The notes under the pieces are model-generated. The model ran no database searches. It was not told the DNA's origin and worked only from the letters and a program-made list of their open reading frames with translations. A program made the translations under genes and the position numbers. This document shows positions 18,336 to 29,311 of a stretch of 64,000 bases of DNA, one piece after another; the stretch's first letter is position 1; each line of letters begins with the position of its first letter. This stretch comes from Minisyncoccota bacterium (GTDB lineage Bacteria; Patescibacteriota; Minisyncoccia; Phycocordibacterales; Phycocordibacteraceae), in assembly GCA_035627655.1 (NCBI GenBank), contig DASPLI010000001.1, forward strand, positions 323,355 to 387,354, in the 5' to 3' direction.

Positions 18336-18746
18336 ATGAACGCACTCCTCAAAAACAGCTACTTCCTCGGCTTTGCAATGCTCGTGATCGAGCTTGTCGT
18401 CAACTCGGTATTTGGGTCCACGGTCATTTCCGGCATCGTGCTCTCCTTTATTGTTGGTATGGTCTATGCAGTTGTGCATAAGACGAAAATGCCGGCAATC
18501 GAGCGCTTGAAGGTGCTTTCCGTTTATATCGGCATCATCGCGCTCATTGTTGTATTCCTTGCGTTTGCGCAGTACCCAGCAATGCTCGGCATTGCGCTTG
18601 GGCTTGGTGCGCTTTTCCTCGGAGCGTATGCGCTCTTTATGTACTTCGGCATGTGGTTTGGCAGCTGGACGCAGGTAAAGGCGCAAGAGAAACGGGCAAA
18701 GAAGCTTGCCGAGAAAGCAGTAGCGCCGACACCTCCGGCCGTTTAG
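18336..18746 (+). CDS. Small polytopic membrane protein (paralog of the N-terminal domain of 29312..30784)
   Basis: 'MNALLKNSYFLGFAMLVIELVVN...HKTKMPAIERLK...FMYFGMW'; four predicted TM helices. Confidence 0.45.
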   Translation: MNALLKNSYFLGFAMLVIELVVNSVFGSTVISGIVLSFIVGMVYAVVHKTKMPAIERLKVLSVYIGIIALIVVFLAFAQYPAMLGIALGLGALFLGAYALFMYFGMWFGSWTQVKAQEKRAKKLAEKAVAPTPPAV

Positions 18747-19873
18747 TGTTTGTGCCCGTGATGCTCTGACGTTCTGTGCGGCACTTTGCCGTAGAGAAGG
18801 TATGTTGCAAGAACGGTCGTGATCGGCACGGCAAGCACGAGCCCGATACTACCCATGAGAATACGAATGATTTCGGTTGCAAACAGCTCGCTATTGATGA
18901 TGTAAGCGACGCCGGCTCCCGAGTGCTGGAAGAGGAGGAGCAGGGGAAGAGAGGCACCGACATACGCGATGGCAAGTGTGTTTACGAGTGCGCCAATATG
19001 TTCGCGTCCAACGCGCATGCCGCGCGCAAGTACCTGCTTCTTGCTGTAGTGCACGCCTGCCGCTGCCAGTTCTTCAACGGTAATCGCCTGGCCAATAGCG
19101 ATGTCGTAGAGTACTCCGAGGAGACCGATCATAATACCGCCAAAGAGCAGGCCAATCATATCGATACGGCCCTGTGTGCCGAAGTTGAGGTACGCATTCT
19201 CTTCGGTCGTGAAGCCGGTTAGTTGCGCCGCATCTATTACAAAGTACGTGGCAATGCCGGTAATGAGCACGGTTGCGAGCATGCCGAACATGGCGATCGT
19301 CGTTGTTCGGTTGAAGCCATGCGTGATGTAGGAGCCAATAACAATAATGAGAGAGGAAACGCCAATAGAAACAAGTACGGGCGAGTGTCCGAGGAAGATA
19401 TTTGGAATAAGCAAATAAAAGATGAGTACGAGGCTTCCAAGGAGGCTTGCAAGTCCTCGGATGCCCTGGATTCCTCCAAAGGCAAACAAGAGGAGCACAA
19501 ATGCGACTGCAACGCCGATCAGCACGTCCAGCCGATAGGGGTCAGCAACAGACCAGGTTTCTGCGTCAAACCCGCCAAACGCGTGACGGACATAGAACGT
19601 CTGACCTTCTTTAAGTTGTGTGTAGTCGTTTTCGATAGTGACCACCTGGCCTTTTTCCGCGCCTTCGAGCACTTCGATGCGTATCGTCTGCGTAGGAGAG
19701 GTGAGTCCGCTCCACGGTTCGACTACCTCGTCTTCGGCAAGCACTTCAAGCACCTTGGCCTTTAGGAGATGTACTTGCTCGGTAACGACTTCCTGCGCCT
19801 GGAGCGTAGACGGTGCGCATAGTGCGGCCAGGCAGCTAAGCACTATGAGCGGTTGAGCAAGCCAGCGTGCCAT
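18743..19873 (-). CDS. YibE/F-family polytopic membrane protein
   Basis: Signal/TM, extracytoplasmic domain, then about eight TM helices ending in a His-rich tail (EHHGHKH); architecture of YibE/F. Confidence 0.55.
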   Translation of the reverse strand: MARWLAQPLIVLSCLAALCAPSTLQAQEVVTEQVHLLKAKVLEVLAEDEVVEPWSGLTSPTQTIRIEVLEGAEKGQVVTIENDYTQLKEGQTFYVRHAFGGFDAETWSVADPYRLDVLIGVAVAFVLLLFAFGGIQGIRGLASLLGSLVLIFYLLIPNIFLGHSPVLVSIGVSSLIIVIGSYITHGFNRTTTIAMFGMLATVLITGIATYFVIDAAQLTGFTTEENAYLNFGTQGRIDMIGLLFGGIMIGLLGVLYDIAIGQAITVEELAAAGVHYSKKQVLARGMRVGREHIGALVNTLAIAYVGASLPLLLLFQHSGAGVAYIINSELFATEIIRILMGSIGLVLAVPITTVLATYLLYGKVPHRTSEHHGHKH

Positions 19874-19953
19874 TGGGTAGAAAGTATAGCTTAAGGGGTC
19901 GCTAATCCCCGTTTGAAGTACCATCACATGCTCGCGTGCGTTACACTAAAGGC

Positions 19954-21162
19954 ATGCTGTTCTCCTATAAGGCACTTGATACTGACGGACACGAGCGGGA
20001 AGGCACCGTAGAGGCGCTTTCCATGGATATTGCCGTTACGACGCTGCAGCGCCGCGGCCTCGTCGTGTCGTCGATCGAGCCAAGCAATAAGAAGTCCATC
20101 TTGCAGATGGAGCTTGGTGTCTTTAAGTCGGTCTCAAACAAAGAGATCGTGATCGTGTCGCGCCAGATTGCGACCTTGTTTGAGGCACAGGTTTCCGCAC
20201 TGCGCGTCTTCCGCTTGCTTGCCGCAGAAGTCGACAACAAATACTTGGCAGACGTGATGACGCAGATTGCTGACGATTTGCAGGGCGGTAGTCCCATCTC
20301 CAAAGCGCTCGCGCGCCATCCAAAGGTGTTCAGCACGTTCTACGTGAACATGGTGAAGAGCGGGGAAGAGGCAGGTAAGCTCTCGGAGACGTTTGGGTAT
20401 CTCGCCGATTATCTCGATCGTACCTATGAAGTGATGAGTAAGGCACAAAACGCGCTTATCTATCCGGCGTTCGTTGTCGTCACGTTCATCGTGGTGATGA
20501 TTCTCATGCTCACGCTCGTGATTCCGAACGTCTCAAAGATTCTCGTTGAATCCGGACAGGAAATCCCGCTCTACACCAAGATCGTTATTGGGCTTTCGGA
20601 TCTGATCATCAACTTCGGTCCGTTCCTCCTCATTCTGATGGTGATCGGCGGATTCTTCGGTTATCGCACCCTCAAGACCGAGCATGGTCGCTATCTCTTT
20701 GATTCCGTGAAGCTGCAGGTTCCGTACATCGGTGATCTGTATGAAAAGCTCTACCTCTCGCGCATCGCGGACAACTTCTCGACCATGCTCGCTTCCGGCG
20801 TTCCTGTCGTTGAAGCGGTTGATATTACCGCATCAGTGGTCGGCAGCGCCGTCTACGAAGAGATTCTCAAGCAGGTCGGTGAGGACGTGAAGGGCGGCCT
20901 TTCCATCTCAGACGCGTTTCAAAAGCATGAGCAGGTGCCAGGCATCATGACGGCTATGATGAAGGTGGGCGAAGAAACGGGAGAGCTCGGTAATATTTTG
21001 AATACGCTTGCGAAATTCTATCGCCGCGAAGTAACAACTGCCGTCGACACGCTCGTTGATCTCATCGAGCCGCTCATGATTGTGTTCTTGGGTCTTGGCG
21101 TCGGTATTCTTCTCTCTGCAGTGCTTATTCCGATCTACAATCTTGCCGGTTCCATCTCGTAG
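19954..21162 (+). CDS. pilC: Type IV pilus inner-membrane platform protein PilC (GspF family)
   Basis: Two T2SSF repeats, e.g. 'FSTFYVNMVKSGEEAGKL' and 'MMKVGEETGELGNIL'. Confidence 0.85.
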   Translation: MLFSYKALDTDGHEREGTVEALSMDIAVTTLQRRGLVVSSIEPSNKKSILQMELGVFKSVSNKEIVIVSRQIATLFEAQVSALRVFRLLAAEVDNKYLADVMTQIADDLQGGSPISKALARHPKVFSTFYVNMVKSGEEAGKLSETFGYLADYLDRTYEVMSKAQNALIYPAFVVVTFIVVMILMLTLVIPNVSKILVESGQEIPLYTKIVIGLSDLIINFGPFLLILMVIGGFFGYRTLKTEHGRYLFDSVKLQVPYIGDLYEKLYLSRIADNFSTMLASGVPVVEAVDITASVVGSAVYEEILKQVGEDVKGGLSISDAFQKHEQVPGIMTAMMKVGEETGELGNILNTLAKFYRREVTTAVDTLVDLIEPLMIVFLGLGVGILLSAVLIPIYNLAGSIS

Positions 21163-21254
21163 TTATCCACACACAACAAGGCATCTCAAGCAGTGTCTCG
21201 TACAATAAGGAAAGCGGATTTAATTACTAACCCGCGCTCATCTACATAACCATT

Positions 21255-21710
21255 ATGAAATTTGCATCTTCAGCAGTCGCGAAGCGGGGCTTCACCCTCA
21301 TCGAGCTCCTCGTCGTGATCGCCATTATCGGTATTCTCTCGTCTGTCGTGCTCGCATCTCTCAACACGGCACGTTCCAAGGGTACGGACGCTAAGATCCA
21401 GAGCGAAATCCGCTCGATCGCAGTGAACGCCGAGCTCTTCTACGACAGCAACAACAACAGCTACGGCACTGCCGCAACGGCATGTACCGCAACTTCAGGC
21501 ACCCTGTGGGGCAATGCAAACGTTGCACAGATCGTGACTGACCTCACGAACGCAACGTCAGCTTCAAACCCGGTCTGTAACTCTTCTGCGACCGCGTTCG
21601 CAATCTCGCACCAGATGACCGCTTCGACCACGCAGTACTTCTGCGCCGACTCAACGGGTAAAGCGGGTCTCTCTTCAACTGCGCTTGGCACCAACACGGT
21701 CTGCCCGTAA
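21255..21710 (+). CDS. pilA: Type IV major pilin (prepilin with class III signal)
   Basis: 'KRGFTLIELLVVIAIIGIL' prepilin leader and hydrophobic N-terminal helix; Cys pair near the C-terminus; followed by a strong terminator. Confidence 0.8.
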   Translation: MKFASSAVAKRGFTLIELLVVIAIIGILSSVVLASLNTARSKGTDAKIQSEIRSIAVNAELFYDSNNNSYGTAATACTATSGTLWGNANVAQIVTDLTNATSASNPVCNSSATAFAISHQMTASTTQYFCADSTGKAGLSSTALGTNTVCP

Positions 21711-21730
21711 CGCAGCTCTCCTAGCGAAAA

Positions 21731-21763
21731 ACGGCACGCAACAGCGCGTGCCGTTTTTCTTTT
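21731..21763 (+). terminator. Rho-independent terminator after the pilin gene
   Basis: ACGGCACGCaacagGCGTGCCGT + TTTTCTTTTC. Confidence 0.5.
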
Positions 21764-21780
21764 CACGGTATGATAGATGC

Positions 21781-22518
21781 ATGTTGGTTATCGTCGCTGC
21801 GTTTGGTGCGGTTGCTGGAAGCTTCGCTGGCGTTGTTGCTGAGCGGCTGTATACCGGACAGTCATGGGGCAGGGGACGCTCTCGCTGCAACTCCTGCGCA
21901 CGCATACTCTCGCCAAGCGATCTTGTGCCAGTCGTTTCCTGGCTGGTGCACGGCGGACGGTGCCGAACGTGCGGCTCGGGCGTCCCGGTGCGCTATCTCC
22001 TTCTAGAAGGTGCGCTTGCGCTGACGTTTGCGCTTTCGTACCTGAAGCTCGGACTGTCTCTCCCGTTCTTGGTACTTGCTGTAGCGCTGTTTGTGCTTGC
22101 GGTGATCATTCTCTACGATCTGCGGCATACCGTGATACCGCAAGAAGCATCGATGCTCTTGGTTGCGCTCTCGCTCCTCTTTGCGCTCCTGACATCGGGA
22201 AGTATGCATGCGTTTGGCGGTGCACTCTTTAGCGCAGGGGTGATTGGCGGCGCGTTTGTGCTTGCGCACGTGCTCTCGCGTGGCCGCGCGATGGGGCTTG
22301 GGGACGCACCGCTCGCGTTCTCCCTTTCTCTGATTGCTGCGCCACTTGCGGTGACCGGCCTCATTTTCTCGTTCTGGATCGGTGCGCTATGCGGAATCAT
22401 CATATTGGTGAAGCGGCAGGGAGGGCCTAAAATGGGTATTGAGGTGCCTTTTGCGCCCTACCTTGCATGCGGATACTTGCTCGCTTTTTTCACCGGATGG
22501 AACCTGTTTCCGCTCTAA
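21781..22518 (+). CDS. pilD: Prepilin peptidase PilD (A24 family)
   Basis: N-terminal Cys-rich 'CNSCARIL...CRTCGSG' zinc-binding motif typical of PilD, then polytopic TM with the Asp-containing core. Start after the terminator. Confidence 0.8.
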   Translation: MLVIVAAFGAVAGSFAGVVAERLYTGQSWGRGRSRCNSCARILSPSDLVPVVSWLVHGGRCRTCGSGVPVRYLLLEGALALTFALSYLKLGLSLPFLVLAVALFVLAVIILYDLRHTVIPQEASMLLVALSLLFALLTSGSMHAFGGALFSAGVIGGAFVLAHVLSRGRAMGLGDAPLAFSLSLIAAPLAVTGLIFSFWIGALCGIIILVKRQGGPKMGIEVPFAPYLACGYLLAFFTGWNLFPL

Positions 22519-23171
22519 GGCGGGGTTTTACCCTAGTCGAGATGCTCGTGGTGCTCGCGATCATCACGGTCGTAACCACGATTACGCTTACCGGGCAGTC
22601 CGAGTTCAACCGGTCGCTTCTCCTTACCGACACTACCTATACGGTTGCACTCTCGCTTCGTGAGATGCAGACCTTAGGACTCTCCAGCCGCATTACCGGC
22701 GGCGGCGTGCAAAACGCCGGATACGGCGCTCATTTCACCACTTCGCCGGGCACGAGCTACATTTTGTTTGCTGATACGAACAAAGCGTCCCCCTCACCGC
22801 TCGCTACCTGTCCGACGGGGGGAAGTGGCACGCCGGACGCAAAGCCTGGCAACTGCGTGTACACCTCAAGCGACGAGCTCTTCCAGACCTACAACTTCAG
22901 TCGTGGATTCTACGTTTCGCGCATCTGTGGCAAGACGACTGGTTCAAGTCCCCAAACCTATTGCTCGGATGACTCTCCCGCGCTCTCTTCGCTTGATATT
23001 GTATTTGTACGGTCGAACACGACCGATGCAGTGATCACCGGCCAGCGCTCGGGATCGGTCGCGCTCAGTAGTGCACAGATCTATATCTCGTCCGCGGATA
23101 ACAGCGCACGCCGCGCCATTTGTGTCTCGCAGCTTGGTCAGGTATCGATCGCCTTTAATACATGCCCATGA
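22497..23171 (+). CDS. Minor (pseudo)pilin, prepilin-type N-terminal cleavage/methylation domain
   Basis: 'RRGFTLVEMLVVLAIITVV'. Confidence 0.65.
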   Translation: MEPVSALRRGFTLVEMLVVLAIITVVTTITLTGQSEFNRSLLLTDTTYTVALSLREMQTLGLSSRITGGGVQNAGYGAHFTTSPGTSYILFADTNKASPSPLATCPTGGSGTPDAKPGNCVYTSSDELFQTYNFSRGFYVSRICGKTTGSSPQTYCSDDSPALSSLDIVFVRSNTTDAVITGQRSGSVALSSAQIYISSADNSARRAICVSQLGQVSIAFNTCP

Positions 23172-23710
23172 GTACTTCGCATCGCGGTTATACCTTGCTC
23201 GAGCTCATCGTTGCGGTGGGCATCTTCAGCATTGTGATGCTTGCGGCAACCGGCGCTTATCTTTCTCTTATCCGTCTTGACCGGGAAGCGCGCGCGACCA
23301 ATGACGTGGTCAACAACCTCAGTTTCGCCGTGGATAGCATGGCGCGCGCCATTCGCACCGGAACGCAGTACAAGTGCAACAACAGCGTTGCAAGCCCCAA
23401 CTGCACGGATATTCCGGGCGGGGGCTCGCTTGGGTTTCAAGACAGCAGCGGACGCGCGATTGTGTATTCGCTTTCCAACAATCAGCTGATGGCGAGCGTC
23501 AACGGCGTATCGTTTCCGATGACCGATCCGCGCGTTTCGATCGACACGCTCTCGTTCTATGTGCGTGGGGTGGGGACGTCGACTGCAGCCCTCAAGGCGC
23601 TCGAACCGACCGTCACGTTCGTCATGAAGGGCTCTATGACGACCACATCCGGCACGACGCGCACCTTTACGCTTCAGAGCGGCGCAACCCAACGCTATCT
23701 TGAACTATGA
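23162..23710 (+). CDS. Minor pilin
   Basis: 'RGYTLLELIVAVGIFSIVML'. Confidence 0.65.
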   Translation: MPMSTSHRGYTLLELIVAVGIFSIVMLAATGAYLSLIRLDREARATNDVVNNLSFAVDSMARAIRTGTQYKCNNSVASPNCTDIPGGGSLGFQDSSGRAIVYSLSNNQLMASVNGVSFPMTDPRVSIDTLSFYVRGVGTSTAALKALEPTVTFVMKGSMTTTSGTTRTFTLQSGATQRYLEL

Positions 23711-24267
23711 GCACCTCACCTACACGCGGCTTTTCCTTGATCGAGACGTTGGTGGCCATCTCGATTCTTGCTGTTGCGCTGGTTGGTCCGTTTATTGCCG
23801 TTCGAAACGCGCTTGTCGGCTCCTATGCTGCGCGCGACCAGCTGGTTGCTGCCGCGCTTGCGCAGGAGGGAATGGAATATATTCGCAGCATTCGAGATAA
23901 CAACTATCTTGCAACGCCGCAGCGCGATTGGCTCGACGGATTTTCGGCAGCGGTGCGCGACGGCTGCTTCGGCGCTTCGCCTGAGATGGTGTGCGTTGTG
24001 GATCCGACACGTGGGGACTTCCATAGCGACTCCAACGGCATGGTCGAGCATGATTCGGTGGATGATGCGCCGTACCTTTACCTCAGCACGACCAATCTCT
24101 ATAACCAGCAGGATTCTGGAACGCGCACGCCCTTCAAGCGCACGGTACAGATGCGTACGATCGGTTCAAATAACACCGAAGTAGAAGTAACCGTCACAGT
24201 CACCTGGACGAGCGGCGGCGTTACGCGCACTTCGATCGTGACCGACACGCTCCGCGATTGGCTATGA
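23707..24267 (+). CDS. Minor pilin
   Basis: 'RGFSLIETLVAISILAVALVG'. Confidence 0.65.
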   Translation: MSTSPTRGFSLIETLVAISILAVALVGPFIAVRNALVGSYAARDQLVAAALAQEGMEYIRSIRDNNYLATPQRDWLDGFSAAVRDGCFGASPEMVCVVDPTRGDFHSDSNGMVEHDSVDDAPYLYLSTTNLYNQQDSGTRTPFKRTVQMRTIGSNNTEVEVTVTVTWTSGGVTRTSIVTDTLRDWL

Positions 24268-24725
24268 TGACGCATTCTCCACAACGCGGGTTCACCCTCT
24301 TAGTGGCGGTTATTCTCGCCTCGGTTGCGCTCTCAATCGGCCTTGCGCTGCTTGATATCGCGTACAAACAGGTCGTGCTCGCCTCAAGTGCGCGTCAGTC
24401 GCAAAACGCGTTTTACAACGCAGACGCGGTTCTCGAGTGCGCATTATATTGGGATCAGACGCAGAATTCGTTCCGATACACGGACACCTCTTCTTCCATA
24501 TCCATCACCTGCGGCGGACAGCCTATTACGGTGACTTTTACCAACCCTCCAAGCGGTACACGCACCCGCACCTTTACCATGCCCTGCAGCGGGGGAGGAA
24601 CTTCAGGGTCGGCAACCATCACCAAGCAGAGCGACGCGACGACTAATATCTTTGCAAGCGGCTATAACACCTGCGACGACTCCCATACGCGCCGCATCGA
24701 GCGCGGTCTCAAAGTCATCTACTAG
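24258..24725 (+). CDS. Minor pilin
   Basis: 'QRGFTLLVAVILASVALSIGLALL'. Confidence 0.6.
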   Translation: MAMMTHSPQRGFTLLVAVILASVALSIGLALLDIAYKQVVLASSARQSQNAFYNADAVLECALYWDQTQNSFRYTDTSSSISITCGGQPITVTFTNPPSGTRTRTFTMPCSGGGTSGSATITKQSDATTNIFASGYNTCDDSHTRRIERGLKVIY

Positions 24726-24735
24726 GGTATAGTAA

Positions 24736-26763
<2,028 letters not shown>

Positions 26764-26767
26764 TACA

Positions 26768-27067
26768 GTGCCAGCTATGGCATCCCTCGACGAGGTACGA
26801 AAGCTCGCAGAGCTCGCCCGCATCCGCATACCGGAAGACCGACTCCCGAAGCTCGCAGCTGAATTCGAGAGTATTTTGGCGTACGTAAACCAGATTGAAG
26901 AGCTTTCCGTGTCTGGCAGCACGAAGGAACTTCCAGTCGTTCGAAACGTATTTCGCGAGGACGGCGAGCCGCATGAGAAGGGAGTGCATACCGAGAAGCT
27001 TGCGGCACAGTTCCCGGAGCGCGAGGACAACTACCTTGCCGTACGGCAGATCATTTCCCATGACTAA
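26768..27067 (+). CDS. gatC: Glu/Asp-tRNA amidotransferase subunit C
   Basis: About 95 aa, 'LAELARIRIPED...AYVNQIEEL' GatC pattern; immediately precedes gatA with an overlapping stop/start. Confidence 0.8.
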   Translation: MPAMASLDEVRKLAELARIRIPEDRLPKLAAEFESILAYVNQIEELSVSGSTKELPVVRNVFREDGEPHEKGVHTEKLAAQFPEREDNYLAVRQIISHD

Positions 27068-28487
27068 ACCGTTGAACGAACTGACCATCGTGGAAGCAGG
27101 GCGCATGCTTCGAGCGAAAGAGTGCACGGTTCGCGAGCTGTGGGACGCGTGTGCGTCTGCGGCAGCCGCAAAGAACGACGAACTCAATGTCTACCTTGAG
27201 CTCTTTCCTGCGGACGAGGAAGCAATTGCGCGCGCGCAGGAACGAATCGATAGCGGAGACACATCTGCACTCTGCGGCATCCCGCTTGCGCTCAAAGACA
27301 ACATTCTTCTTGAAGGGAAGATCGCGAGTGCTGCTTCGAAGATTCTCGCCACGCATCGCGCCGTTTACGACGCGACGGTGACGAAGAAATTGAAGGAAGC
27401 AGGCGCGCTCTTTGTCGGACGAACCAATATGGACGAGTTTGCGATGGGCAGCTCGACCGAGAATTCGGCATATGGTCCCGTAAAGAATCCGCTGGATGTT
27501 ACGCGCGTTCCGGGCGGTTCCTCAGGCGGCTCGGCTGCTGCGGTTGCGGCACATATGGCACTTGGCGCGCTTGGGACTGATACAGGCGGCTCCATCAGGC
27601 AGCCGGCTGCCCACTGCGGGCTCGTGGGCCTCAAGCCGACCTATGGCGCAGTTTCTCGTTATGGACTCATTGCGCTCGGGTCCTCGCTTGACCAGGCTGG
27701 CCCGCTTGCAAAAACCGTTGAGGACGCTCGCATTATTTTTGAGACGATTCGTGGGCAAGATGCGCACGATGCAACCAGTATTAGCGAGACGACCTACCGC
27801 GTACCGGAAACGTCTGGCAAGTTGCGGATCGGCGTGCCGCGCCACTTGCTTCAAGAAGGAGTGGATGCGGATTTGCTTGCGGCGTTTGATGCGACGATTG
27901 ATACGCTCAAGGCAAACGATCACGAGATTGTTGAGATCGAGCTGCCAACCAGTCCGTATGCGCTTGCTGCCTACTATGTCATTCAACCAGCAGAAGCTTC
28001 TACGAACCTGGCCCGCTTTGATGGTATTCGCTATGGACTCAGTAAGCGCGGCGCGACGCTCACGGACGACTATGTCGCGTCTCGCACTGAAGGCTTCGGT
28101 CCGGAACCGACACGCCGCATTCTCCTTGGTACTTTCGTACTTTCTTCCGGCTACATTGACGCGTACTATCGCAAGGCAGACGCCGCACGCGACGTGCTTC
28201 GTGCTGAATACGATAAGGCGTTTGGGCGCTGCGACGTCGTTGCGTTCCCAACGACGCCGTCTCCGGCATTCCGGTTTGGCGAAAAGAGTGATCCGGTATC
28301 CATGTATCTTGAAGACGTCTTTACGGTTACTGCCGACCTTACGGGCATGCCGGCACTGTCTGTTCCTATGGGGCAGGTGACACGCGAGGGAAGCGCGCTG
28401 CCGGTTGGCATACACTTCACCGCGCCGCTTGGCGCAGATGACCGTTTGTTTGTTATTGCAAAAGAGGTGAGTGGCGAGGCGGTATAA
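27060..28487 (+). CDS. gatA: Glu/Asp-tRNA amidotransferase subunit A (amidase signature family)
   Basis: 'GGSSGGSAAAVAAHMALGALGTDTGGSIRQPAAHCGLVGLKPTYG' amidase signature. ORF-track start 26895 is an over-extension; ATG 27060 overlaps the gatC stop. Confidence 0.9.
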   Translation: MTKPLNELTIVEAGRMLRAKECTVRELWDACASAAAAKNDELNVYLELFPADEEAIARAQERIDSGDTSALCGIPLALKDNILLEGKIASAASKILATHRAVYDATVTKKLKEAGALFVGRTNMDEFAMGSSTENSAYGPVKNPLDVTRVPGGSSGGSAAAVAAHMALGALGTDTGGSIRQPAAHCGLVGLKPTYGAVSRYGLIALGSSLDQAGPLAKTVEDARIIFETIRGQDAHDATSISETTYRVPETSGKLRIGVPRHLLQEGVDADLLAAFDATIDTLKANDHEIVEIELPTSPYALAAYYVIQPAEASTNLARFDGIRYGLSKRGATLTDDYVASRTEGFGPEPTRRILLGTFVLSSGYIDAYYRKADAARDVLRAEYDKAFGRCDVVAFPTTPSPAFRFGEKSDPVSMYLEDVFTVTADLTGMPALSVPMGQVTREGSALPVGIHFTAPLGADDRLFVIAKEVSGEAV

Positions 28488-28495
28488 TCTAGGGA

Positions 28496-29077
28496 ATGCA
28501 GGAGAACCCGGTTCCGTTTTTGAACATTGAGTATTTCTTCCGCCTCCTCTACGAGAGTCGCCTTCAGTTTGCTGAAGACGGAGATGTTATTGGCGCGTTT
28601 AACGCATGGGTGGCGCACGCATGGGGCGTGTTGGGTGTCGTATCATTTCTCTTCGTCGTTGCTGCCTTTTTTGTGCTTGCGTATGCAAGCATGCGGCTCT
28701 ATCAAATTAAGAAGTTTGAAGGAGAAACGAAGTATTCGACCATCAAGCCAGAGGCAGAAGAGAAGCGTAAAGATCATTCGCGCTGGGCGCATATTCAAAC
28801 GCTGATTGAGAGCGCAACGCCAAGCGATTGGCGCCAGGCAATCATTGAAGCGGACATCATGCTTGAAGAGGTACTCATGCAGGCGGGATATCCGGGCGAG
28901 TCGGTCGGAGACCGTCTCAAGATGGCGCGTTTCCAAACGCTTGATGATGCATGGGAGGCGCATAAAGTGCGAAATGAAATTGCGCACCAGGGCTCGACGT
29001 ATCACTTGGATGATAAGACGGCGTTTCGCGCCATCAAGCGATACGAGGCCGTCTTCAAAGAATTCGGAGAAATTTAG
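28496..29077 (+). CDS. Hypothetical membrane-anchored protein
   Basis: One or two TM segments then a soluble domain; no recognised motif. Confidence 0.35.
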   Translation: MQENPVPFLNIEYFFRLLYESRLQFAEDGDVIGAFNAWVAHAWGVLGVVSFLFVVAAFFVLAYASMRLYQIKKFEGETKYSTIKPEAEEKRKDHSRWAHIQTLIESATPSDWRQAIIEADIMLEEVLMQAGYPGESVGDRLKMARFQTLDDAWEAHKVRNEIAHQGSTYHLDDKTAFRAIKRYEAVFKEFGEI

Positions 29078-29116
29078 GCTTGCGAGAGCCTAAAAAAAGC
29101 GTATAATCCAGCTAAT

Positions 29117-29187
29117 AGCGGGGTGGAGGAGAGGTACCTCGGGAGGCTCATAACCTCCAGACGCCGGTTCGATTCCGGCCCCCGCAA
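29117..29187 (+). tRNA. Initiator tRNA-fMet (CAT) with an unpaired 1:72 position
   Basis: AGCGGGGTGGAGGAGAGGTACCTCGGGAGGCTCATAACCTCCAGACGCCGGTTCGATTCCGGCCCCCGCAA closely follows the bacterial tRNAfMet consensus, with A1xA72 mismatch and discriminator A. Lies inside the over-extended N-terminus of ORF 29123..30784. Confidence 0.8.
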
Positions 29188-29230
29188 CACGATTGTGATA
29201 GTGGAACTTAGACCAGTGCGCCTCAAAAGG

Positions 29231-29256
29231 CAGTTCAGTACCGGTTCGGGTCAAGT
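29231..29256. repeat. Degenerate copy of the tRNA-fMet T-arm/acceptor 3' segment
   Basis: 'cagttcagtaccggttcgggtc' versus tRNA 3' 'ggttcgattccggcccccgc'. Confidence 0.35.
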
Positions 29257-29311
29257 CTACAAAAGCCGCGTCTCGCGGCTTTTGTGGTATAAGGCAAGCT
29301 ATACTTATTTC

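Noticed and set aside
27496-28415. 294-aa + and 297-aa minus ORFs inside gatA
   Set aside because: Off-frame and antisense shadows of the amidase-signature gatA gene.
29141-29200. Possible tmRNA 3' tRNA-like domain (GGTTCGATTCC T-loop)
   Set aside because: Resolved as the T-arm of a complete initiator tRNA-fMet (anticodon CAT, A1xA72); no tag-peptide reading frame or pseudoknots upstream.
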